From Asterionella formosa (Eukaryota), in the NCBI GenBank assembly GCA_002256025.1, contig NKIB01013093.1, positions 44,327-64,326 of the forward strand: DNA of 20,000 nucleotides. Reading direction: 5' to 3'. This document shows, in pieces, positions 11,107 through 20,000 of the stretch. Each line of letters starts with the position of its first letter. The stretch's first letter is position 1. The notes beneath the pieces were generated by a model. It ran no database searches. It saw only the letters and a program-made list of their open reading frames with translations, and had not been told where the DNA came from. Both the position numbers and the translations under genes were made by a program.

Positions 11107-12299
11107 CCATTTCCAGCGTCAATTTGTACATGATTATTTTATACTAAGTGGTAATGATAGGGCACATGCATTTTAATGCAGCTGGCCATCCATGGGATAG
11201 TGAAACAACGGTCAAACATAAGTCCTATCAAGAAAACATTACTAACACTACTAACCCTGATCCTGTTCCTGTTCCTGTTCCTGTTCCTCTTGCATGAAAT
11301 TCTACGCAGAGCGAATTATCATACTGACACAGCTAACCTGCCCTATTCATGTTTTTCTTCTGTGCATGTTTTATACAAGTAAATCCATGGATTAACCCTA
11401 TGATGATGTCTGGTTAGGGTACTGTGCCGAGGGCCATATCTGCCGACTTTTATGAATCTGCCCAGGAAAATTTAGTGGTCATGATGAATCCTCCTGGTGG
11501 TCAGCTAGTGGCCTATGTGCCTAATAAAAGCCAGCAGAATGCTGAACAGATCGCCTTAACAGAAGTATGTGCAACAATAGCAATGCTATGATTTTTATAA
11601 TATATATATATGTATATTTATGAGCAATAGTACATTGAATATGTCTTACATCAATCATTACCTGGATAACATTTGCTATATTTATAGGATAATTACAGGT
11701 TGGAAATCACCGCTATTGAAAGGCGGGATATGATTTTAAAATGCAAAGGTAGATTCAATATATCATTCCATATGCACATCTCAAGGCCTGATTCCGGTCT
11801 CATTTCACTCTTTGCCTAAGAATGCATAAGCTTCATTGCATTTCATTCCCTTTTCACTACCAACCCAATGATTGGTGGCTGCTGTGTAGCTATATACATG
11901 ACATAAGATGAATGTTATTTGATCACGGTGGGTCCTGATCTTTAACTTATGAATAGATTGTACTTCAGGACATTTCGTTGTCCATCGAACATTTATAATT
12001 AATATATACCATTCATAGCAGGTATGATCTTTTATTCCTTTGCCAGTACTCTTTCATAAAAAATGCATGATGCTCCAACAATGTCATCCGCCATCTTGTA
12101 TCCTGTAACAGAAGTACCTGGTCTTAGTACATTCTGCGAGTTTGCTCATTTGTCCAGCTGGTTAATTGATGATGGATTTTGTACAAAATAACATGTCCTG
12201 TGTGGTGGATATATCAGTGTTTTTTTGCATGTCATTGATTCCTATAATGATACAGAACATTTTCATAATGGGGTCTGATATTTTGATAGATCTATCAAG

Positions 12300-14220
12300 G
12301 ATTATGTTTACACATGGAACATTAAAGCTGCAAACTATACAGTTACGGAAAGGTGCTGTTATGGCTGAAATAAATGTATTTAACCACAAGTCATCAAGCA
12401 CACCAATTCCAAATGAAATGGTCTGTTGAAGAAACTGACTCATTAGGATATCGATAAACTCCAACCAACCTCAAATTTTGGTTTTCACAATTAAAAAAGG
12501 ATTTAAATGGAACTGGTCCATTTGTCTGGCTACCTATGCATACATCAACAAGCTTTTGAATCAATGAAAGCATTGTTAGTTGCTGCAGATACACTCATGC
12601 GTTATCCTAATCGTAATTTTCCTTTCCATATTTTTACTGATGTTTCTGATTTTCAATTAAGAAACTTTCAAAGAATTTCGCTCTAGCTATGTAATTGAAA
12701 GCGGTTCTACATGTTCACACTGAGCATCGTATTTTTTTTTATAATACCCTACACAGACACTCAACATCTTCTCCGGTGGAGGATTTATATTGAAGAATAT
12801 CTTCTTACTTTTCACGATGTGAAGGGTACTGATAAAGCTAACTATTACAGATTTCTAGTATCTCTCGCCTCTCGAGGCTTGAGTCTTTGGTTGGGGATGA
12901 TATTGGGCCGAAATCTTCAGCATCAACTCCACTTCTACTTTCTCAATTGAATTAGATGATGAACCTCCTCTGTGTACCTGTTTACTCAATGATCCAATCT
13001 TGGCAGACAATATTCAATATCCTCTGGATTATAATTCAATACATGATAGACAATTGCTGGATATACAATTGATTCTCAATCAAACCACAAATCTCATTCT
13101 TAATCAACAAACACATCCGTTGAAATTTCCCTCTATCAATTTTCATGATATACATTTAATATGTTTTGTGAAGAATCCAGGAGATACTTGGCATATTGCT
13201 ATTCCTACATCACTATTGGATCCTATTATTAGTTGGTATCATCAGATGTCAGCTCATGTGGGTATGACAAGATTAAATGCTACAATTTCTTCACATTTTT
13301 TAACCCTCCATTAAAAGCAAGAGTGGAACATATTGCAAGCATATGTGAAACATGTTAAGACGTACAAAATTACCTGGTGCTGGGTTTTGGTGAACTTCCA
13401 CCAAGGAATGCATTGTTATTACAATGGTCAGAAGTCACAGTGGATTTCATTGGTCCATGGAAGATAACAGTGGCCGCACAAACGATTGAATTTCGTGCTC
13501 TAACTTGAGTTAACACAGTCACCAATTTACCAGAAATTTCATGTATCAATAACAAGACATAAGAATATATTGCAATGAAATTAGAAAATGATTTGTGAGG
13601 CAGATATCTCCGTCCAGAACGTTGTATATATGACAATGGAGGTGAATTTACTGGTATTCCTTTCATACACATGTTAGTGTTGAATGGAATTAAAAATGGG
13701 ACTATTATAGTCAAGAATCCACAAACAAATGCTATCTGTGAATGTTTACATCAATCTATCAGTAACATTCTACGAGATATGTTAAAGGCTCATCCTCCAA
13801 TCAAGGAATTTCAAGTTCAGAATATTGTGGATACATGTTTTGTAGCTGCATCATATGCAGCTCGAGCTACTATTTATAGTACATTGCATATTTCACAAGG
13901 AATAGACTATGGCTGAGTTTTCCAACATGATATGATATAAAATATTCCTTTGATTACAGATATGCAATTAGTATTGGGATATCAATGTCGAAAAGTGATA
14001 ATTGACAAATGTCGATGTCATGCTAATTTCCATCATCGTTCTTGTGATTACAAAGTTGGTGACGAGATTTTAATCCTAGTATTGGATAATCCTACTACCT
14101 TGGATGAGTGTGGACAAGGTCCTTATTCTAATATTCAAGTATACCAATGGTAAAGTTACTTTTCAACAAACCATGCATAATACGGAATGAATGAATATTC
14201 ATTGCATCAAACCTTTTCAA
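12300..14220 (+). pseudogene. Disrupted Gypsy pol (RT C-terminal part, RNase H, integrase)
   Basis: RT relic WSVEETDSLGY (~12419); RNase [13 protein letters not shown] (~12624) and LLRWRIYIEEY; integrase Zn finger WYHQMSAH (13234) and CETC; core VDFIGPW (13440), YDNGGEF, NPQTNAICE; GPY motif (~14118). Many stops and frameshifts. The left boundary is approximate. Confidence 0.9.
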
Positions 14221-14248
14221 ACAAGGTAAAAGGTTTTCCCTTGGTGTT

Positions 14249-14257
14249 GTGGGAGAG
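14249..14257 (+). other. Polypurine tract of the LTR element
   Basis: gtgggagag directly abuts the TG of the 3' LTR. Confidence 0.75.
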
Positions 14258-14460
14258 TGAGCGATCTTGCACATCAATACAGATGTATATAGGGTTAGTG
14301 TTATATCATATATATCAGAACTCAATAATGAAGGAACTCGACTAACCCTTATTGCATACTATGGTGCCGACTTTGAGAACGAGTTGCACACAAGGATTAA
14401 CTAATAAGCTCATATTCAAAAAATACTACTACTTCCAGCTAGTTACCGGTAGATATTTCA
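14258..14460 (+). repeat. 3' LTR (203 bp)
   Basis: TGAGCGATCTTG...AGATATTTCA; matches 9940-10132 with small indels near the 3' end. Confidence 0.93.
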
Positions 14461-14764
14461 CCAGGTACCAGGGTACACCGGGTCGATAATACTGGTATAT
14501 CATTGTAGTTCACGACCAAGCACCAGGTACACCTGGTACTGTAAAAGTTACAAGTACCGTATCTGGATTATCCAGTACCGGTAAGTGTGTAGACGAGCAC
14601 AAATACTCGACACGACTCAAATTGAGCACCTGCTGGTACGTATAAGGGTTTTCGGTACCAGGTGCTACATAACTATCGGTAGATACAATCATTGCCTCAG
14701 CAAACGAACCACCACGACCCACCATCCATAAAATGACTACATCGGGTTTTGACGAACGAAATAA

Positions 14765-15997
14765 ATGGGAAACAAACCAATCAAGGTCGGCATCCAGTTG
14801 GATCGATTTACGTATAAATCTGGGAGTGAACTGACAGGACGGGTCTTTCTGTCCGTGTCAGACGGCGCGGAAGGCATTCCAATTAGCAGCACTGGCGTCA
14901 CTTTGGCTATCGTCGGCGAAGAATATTATGGAATAGTAGTGCGAGGACAGAATCCTCAAACAAAAGCCCCCGTCAATGAGGTAGATGAGGTACATCAGTT
15001 CCTCCGTATAGAGGTACCACTGACAGCATTCCAGTCGAAATGTATCCCATCGACTGGTCAATATGAGTATCCGTTTCAGTGGACAATCCCTGCCCATTTG
15101 CCCAGCTCCATGGCATGCCAATATTTCAACGTGCACTGCGGAATCCGGTACAAAATCACTGCCTTCTTGAACCAACCAGCAGCAAGGCACATCTCGGAAT
15201 ATACCGCGACTCAACTTTTTAAAATTTCCGCTGAAGGCCAGCACAAGGCAGCGACCACAGGCATTGTCGTTGTCGAACCAGAATACATTCCCGTCCATGT
15301 TTGTTGTTTCAATAAAGGTTCCATGATGCTGGGATTTGACATTTCATCAACGAATGTCTCGCCAAATTCGACTCTAGAAGTTGGAATTGTTGGAACGAAT
15401 GCATCTTTTGTTGATGTCCACTATCTAAAGGCGGAGTTGTTTGAAGCGGTTGAGTGCCCCTTTCCCCATGACAACGGCCATAATAAGTATACGATGAGGC
15501 GGCTATTAGCAGAAAGGAAGTTTGGACCAAATGAGCATTGGGCTCCTATTATTAACACTCCTCGTTTGAGTTACATGGATCAAGTGCAGGTAACTGAAGA
15601 AACAGTTGGTCGAGTCCATGGAGTTTTGCGATTGCCAACTGATGCTAGAGATACCTATCAAGGATCTTTTATTGTAGTCAGTCACTCCCTTGTAGTTACT
15701 GCAGTGACTTCAGGAGCATGCTTTGTCACTTCACCCTCGACCTTCATTCCTGTTCGAATGGGGAGACAGGAGGCTTCTATCGATGACGATGACACAGTTG
15801 GCCTTCACCAAGGTGCTCCCATTGGGGGTAACTTATGTGAGTTGCAAGATGATCCTCCTATGGAATCTGCTCAATTTTTACCTGTCGGTTGGTCGCCCCA
15901 TGAAGCAGATGTAGTTTTCATTCCAGCTTCTACAGTTTCACTTGAAGGCGACTACAGCTTAGTGGAACTCACGCCGACAGCTCTAGATCCTTTGTGA
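14765..15997 (+). CDS. Arrestin N-terminal-domain (alpha-arrestin-like) protein, 410 aa
   Basis: Intact ORF with Arrestin_N-like motifs YKSGSELTGRVFL, GEE, GQYEYPFQWTIPAHLPSS and GIRYKITA, and an Arrestin_C-like TYQGSFIVVSHSLVV. Confidence 0.82.
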   Translation: MGNKPIKVGIQLDRFTYKSGSELTGRVFLSVSDGAEGIPISSTGVTLAIVGEEYYGIVVRGQNPQTKAPVNEVDEVHQFLRIEVPLTAFQSKCIPSTGQYEYPFQWTIPAHLPSSMACQYFNVHCGIRYKITAFLNQPAARHISEYTATQLFKISAEGQHKAATTGIVVVEPEYIPVHVCCFNKGSMMLGFDISSTNVSPNSTLEVGIVGTNASFVDVHYLKAELFEAVECPFPHDNGHNKYTMRRLLAERKFGPNEHWAPIINTPRLSYMDQVQVTEETVGRVHGVLRLPTDARDTYQGSFIVVSHSLVVTAVTSGACFVTSPSTFIPVRMGRQEASIDDDDTVGLHQGAPIGGNLCELQDDPPMESAQFLPVGWSPHEADVVFIPASTVSLEGDYSLVELTPTALDPL

Positions 15998-16559
15998 CGA
16001 AACGAAAATATCATTCGAAGGAATTTTTTGACAACAAATTCAAAGACAATGGTTTTGGTTGATGACCCAAAAATTTGAGGGTTTAGGGGACAAGAAGTTT
16101 TGATATTTATAAATTATTTTCAGAGGGCAGAAGGTTCGAGTTCATTGTAGTCACATTGGTAACTAGATTCGAACATTGTGCTCACGAGTGATGGGAATCT
16201 ACCATTAAAAGCAAGAGAAGAAAAATTAAACCTGACAAAGACGAACCAGGAGGCATATAGTTCACCGAAGAAAAACTATATACCGGTAAATAAATACCTT
16301 TCTTTTTAATTTAGCAGACAGTTGACTAATTATTCAACGAAAGCAATACTCTAATCTTCGCAAAGTTGCAAAAAATGGCATTCATTCAATCAGTACTCAA
16401 GTAAAACCAAGACCTCGTAAGCATGTTCATTCTACACCTTCCTTCGATGCTTGTTAGTTATTAAGTAGTGTGGAATATTCTCTATTATTCATCCATATAA
16501 TATATACAACCATTTCACTCCCTCTGATTTCCGATGCTCCTCATGTATTCTATTTATCT

Positions 16560-16607
16560 TTCAGCCATTTCAGTAATGCCATCTGGTTACTCCTGAAACA
16601 ACGTCAT
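16560..16607 (-). promoter_or_regulatory. Candidate eukaryotic SECIS element in the 3' UTR of the 16673-17128 gene
   Basis: Minus strand reads AUGAC-GUUGUUUCAG-GAGUAACCAGAUGGCAUUA-CUGAAAUGGC-UGAA: an AUGAN/NGAN non-Watson-Crick core in register on a 10-bp helix (16602-16593 with 16573-16564; 7 WC + 3 GU) with a structured apical region. The lower helix is weak and the apical AA is not at canonical spacing. Confidence 0.65.
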
Positions 16608-16672
16608 TCACTGCTATATAACATTTCGGCAGCGTAAATTTCCATTGGTAGCGGTATTTTAGTACGACGCAA

Positions 16673-17128
16673 CTAGACCCGTTGTCATCCAACCTTTGGG
16701 TCGCAAGGCAAATCTTTCATTCCTCGAATATTTGCCCCTGGTTGTTTCCTTCTCCCTCCACCACTAGATGAAGGAGATGTTATACCACTAGCACTACTAG
16801 TCGTGATGCGATTGAAACATGTGTAGGCACCCAGTGCAATCAGTAATGCAATAGCTACCATGGTAACAACAAAGAACAAGGAACGAGTAAGTAACAAAAC
16901 CATCCCACAGTGTACACAACAACAAAATCGTAGCTACTTCCAAGCATTTGACGCACTCCCAGAGGGTCCCAGAAGAAAAGAAATAATGGCAAGTGATACC
17001 AAGAATTGCTTCACGTCGAGGTTGAATCCAAAGACATCAACAGTGGTACCACCAGAAGACGTCAAGGTCTCATCGCCGGCTACGACTTCGCCGTTGACAA
17101 TCCTTGTCTTTGTCTTTCTCGCTACCAT
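16673..17128 (-). CDS. Small membrane protein, FAM241/DUF4605-like with SelK/SelS-like tail; candidate selenoprotein; complement(join(16673..16854,16957..17128)); ends at 16685 if TGA is a stop
   Basis: Two ORF-track fragments splice to MVARKTKTRIVNGEVVAGDETLTSSGGTTVDVFGFNLDVKQFLVSLAIISFLLGPSGTIALLIALGAYTCFNRITTSSASGITSPSSSGGGRRKQPGANIRGMKDLPCDPKVG-(TGA 16687-16685)-QRV-TAG. 113 aa to TGA, 117 aa with Sec. The gene call is firmer than the Sec readthrough. Confidence 0.8.
16855..16956 (-). other. Spliceosomal intron (102 nt) of the small membrane-protein gene
   Basis: GTGCGT donor, CTTAC branch-like site, T-rich tract, TAG acceptor; contains an in-frame TAG; removal gives A|CT (Thr) and a continuous hydrophobic hairpin. 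Confidence 0.82.
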
Positions 17129-17385
17129 TCCAATATGGTATTTACCACAGTTGGGAAGTAAAAGTCGTCACGATTTTAAATGAGGCTGAGGATCTTGTAG
17201 AGTCTACATACACCCCCAACATGTGCCTCATCACAAATGGAACAAAGAAAATGTAGACAACCTTGGTGTGCTACGGGAATCCCATGGAAGCGCGAATGAC
17301 TAAAAACAGGAACCAGGCAGGCGGCAGATTGCTTCATCCACACATGTGCATGGTGTTGTTTTCTGGTACCTCGTACTATTCGGTG

Positions 17386-17492
17386 TACCTGGTACCTGGT
17401 ACCTGGTAAAACTACATTCTTATGTAGGTAGCAATACCTGGTACCTGGTACCTGGTACCAGGTACCTGGTACCTGGTACCCTGGTACCAGTA
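17386..17492. repeat. (TACCTGG)n heptamer arrays
   Basis: 17386-17408 is TA(CCTGG TA)x3; 17435-17492 is TA separated by CCTGG, CCTGG, CCTGG, CCAGG, CCTGG, CCTGG, CCCTGG, CCAG. Confidence 0.9.
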
Positions 17493-18089
17493 AGTAAAGC
17501 ATAATAATCGAGCTTATAAGTTCAAGGGTTTTGCTAATCCTAGACCTACAGGCGGGTCTACCTGGTGGCCACAGAAATTGCACCCAGCGTTTTAGTACCG
17601 GTAGTCGAGTTTTGAGCTCACAAACAACATTTGAAAAGCTTTTGAGATCCCATGCATCATTCTGTTACTGTTAGTATGGATGACTTACCCTGTTTCGCCG
17701 CCCAACAAAAGGTTGACCCTGGTTTGGAATCTCTTATGATCATTCCAGGCAGGTCAAAAGCTATCAAGAAGAAATGTTTTGTAATGAGGGGTCAATCTTT
17801 ATGGGACAACTCTCATACAAGTTAATCCCATGCAGCAATCACCTTGCATGGTGAAATTGACCAAGAAGGTCACCCATGTTATGGTAATGGGTTTATTGCA
17901 TGCAAGGGTATAGACCCTATATTTGTGGCATTCCACCAAACAAGAAGAAGATGCACCAGTTGTTGGTTTCTTGAACAATAGAGAATAGCCCCTCCCTCCC
18001 CCAAATGAAATATTACGAGGTTCTCAAATATACTATTGTTTATGTCCTTTCAGCCCCTCACACGATATGGTAGGGCTTTCAGATACCGG

Positions 18090-19537
18090 TAGTCGTGTCC
18101 TCCAACTCACCATGAAGTATCGTGGAGCCATGGATCTTGTCAAGAATTTTGTACTTTTTAGTAATTGCAACAACAAAAACAATTATAATAATAGCACAAC
18201 ATTCAAAGCTGCTATTACCAGTAGCAGTAGACGAGAATTGGAAGCCATATTGTTCCGGCTGATCCAGAATGGGGTACCGGTACCCTGTATCCCTTGGGGT
18301 CACCATTGGGTATTGCAAATGGTGTACTACTCTCTACCAGCCACAGTATGGGTCTATGAGTACACACAGGCACAAAATACAATGCGACAGAAGAAACGAT
18401 GCATCGACACTGCGGCTGATAGTCAAACAGGTATTATAATGGCAAACAGTGCAACTATTGGTATTGCACATCAGGATTGATCCAAGATTACGTCCCTTTC
18501 ACGGAATGCTCCCTTCTTGTATGCACTAGCTAGGTCTCACCAATGAACGAGGTGAAACCAAACCAACCAAGTCAGCAAAAATAAAGCGATGTAAAAAATT
18601 TGTGGAAATTGTTAGTCACTTGATCCAAATTGCATTGGTGGAACCCACTGCTGCTGCTGCTCCTGCTGCTGCTGCTGCTCCTCCTCCTGCTCCTCCTGCT
18701 CCTGCTCCTGCTCCTGCTCTTACTACTCTTAAGAGAATCATATTATGTACTGACATGGGATGTGGTCAAGGATACTTGACATTTTCGTTACAGCATCATT
18801 ATTTAAAGGAAAAGTGTCATGGGAAGCAAATACAAATCCACTCGAAAGGGATTGATATGAGACCCAAATTGGCTAAGGAAATGAATGATATTGCAACGAA
18901 GCTGAACATGGAAGGATTAGCGTTTGAAGGAGGAACTATTGAAGATGGGTTATTTCCTCAGACTGATGACCATGAGCGGTCAATAGTACATGCTGCAACC
19001 ACAGAAAACCCATCACTTGACATTTTGATTGCCCTGTATGCATGCGATTCTGCCACAGATGATGCCATTTGGTATGGAATGTTACAGCAATCAGATATTA
19101 TTGTGGTGGCCCCATGTTGTCACAAACAAATTCGACAACAACTTGACCAATGCTTGTCTACAACTACCACTACCACCAGTCATCCACTTGGATCTGTCTT
19201 ACAGCACAATGTGTACAAAGAACGCATGGCCGAAATGGTCACTGATTCCATCTGTGCTCTATTACTGGAATTGACCAATTATCGAACACAAGTCTTTGAA
19301 TTTGTTGGTGGAGAGCACACATCAAAGAATCATGTCATGATTAATGCAGTGAAATGAACCAAGAAACGAACTGTCCAAGAACAATGTGAGTTGAGGACCA
19401 AGTTAAAGGCACTGGCAACCTTGCATGGGGTCGTCAATCAACAATTGGCCAAGTGGATGAATGTAGAGTTGAGTGATAACATTCCATCAACAACAACAAC
19501 CATGAAGCTATCAACCAAGAAAATGCCTCCTTTGTAA
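18090..19537 (+). pseudogene. SAM-dependent methyltransferase (Methyltransf_32-like) pseudogene
   Basis: Motifs KKFVEIV, DMGCGQGYLTF, GIDMRPKL, IALYACDSATDDAIW, APCCHKQIR, EFVGGEHTSKN. Lesions: TGA at 18478-18480, a 4-bp GCTA insertion and frameshift near 18527-18532, TGA at 19355-19357 followed by 59 more open codons (...LKALATLHGVVNQQLAKWM...MPPL, TAA 19535-19537). The 5' boundary is approximate. Confidence 0.8.
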
Positions 19538-20000
19538 GGAGTGTATCAACCTTGGTTTTGAGAAATTTGTATAAATCAATCATGGCAGTTCCCACTGTAT
19601 TATTTAACTATCATGATTATTTGCATGTAAACAAGAAAATAATGAAAGACTAAAATGGAACTTTACTGATTGCAGGCAGTCATGTCTTACCTTGAGAAGT
19701 TTACTGATGGAGGGGAGTGGGATTAAGTAGTCTACCGGTTTTTTGGCACGGTGGTTTTCTCTATCATTTTCTTTATCATAATTCTTGTTAGTCGCTGTTG
19801 AGAACTGCTGCAAATATTTAGCTATCGTTGTAAGAATCCACATTAAAGCCGCTTCGAACGCTTACTTATACCTCTGCCTCGATCAGCCAGTCCATGGTGG
19901 TGCAAGGAACATGTTGTGTTCCATCTCAGCATTCTCGTTACTACAACTCCTAATCTTTGCCTTGTGTATTGACAAAACTAAACTTGTTAGGGCGTCAAAT

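Larger units (their letters stand above)
9940..14460 (+). mobile_element. Degenerate Ty3/Gypsy LTR retrotransposon (about 4.5 kb, internally deleted or decayed)
   Basis: Two direct LTRs with TG...CA ends; near-perfect 5-bp target-site duplication ctagg (9935-9939) / ccagg (14461-14465); purine tract before the 3' LTR; pol relics in RT-RNaseH-integrase order. Confidence 0.93.

Noticed and set aside
17176..17583. 135-aa ORF with VPGT/YQVPG repeats
   Set aside because: Translation artefact of the stop-poor (TACCTGG)n arrays.
19355..19357. In-frame TGA in the methyltransferase as a second selenocysteine codon
   Set aside because: Basic K-x-TKKR context fits CGA>TGA decay, the gene has other stops and frameshifts, and I recognised no SECIS downstream.

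Overview
Eukaryotic nuclear DNA, most likely from a diatom or related stramenopile alga (short GT-AG introns, bipartite signal+F/W plastid-targeting presequences, nuclear cytochrome c6-like gene). Left to right: the 5' end of a probable plastid SET-domain gene (minus strand, runs off the window, absent from the ORF track); a 3-exon Tas-like aldo/keto reductase; a cytochrome c6-like gene lacking the usual distal Met ligand; a GT90/CAP10-type glycosyltransferase; a predicted thylakoid-lumen protein of unknown function; a decayed, structurally complete Ty3/Gypsy LTR retrotransposon (9940-14460); an arrestin-N-domain gene; a 2-exon small membrane-protein gene; and a SAM-methyltransferase pseudogene. 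The most interesting signal is the small membrane protein (16673-17128, minus). It resembles FAM241/DUF4605 at the N-terminus and SelK/SelS at the C-terminus, its apparent TGA stop is followed by QRV-TAG, and a SECIS-like hairpin lies about 78 nt downstream, making it a candidate selenoprotein. The second signal is that non-coding DNA is full of TA-x-TA motifs (TACCGGTA, TACCTGGTA, TAGCTA) that paralogous copies in the window show as insertions at TA sites, consistent with Tc1/mariner excision footprints. All family assignments come from motif recognition by eye; no searches were run.
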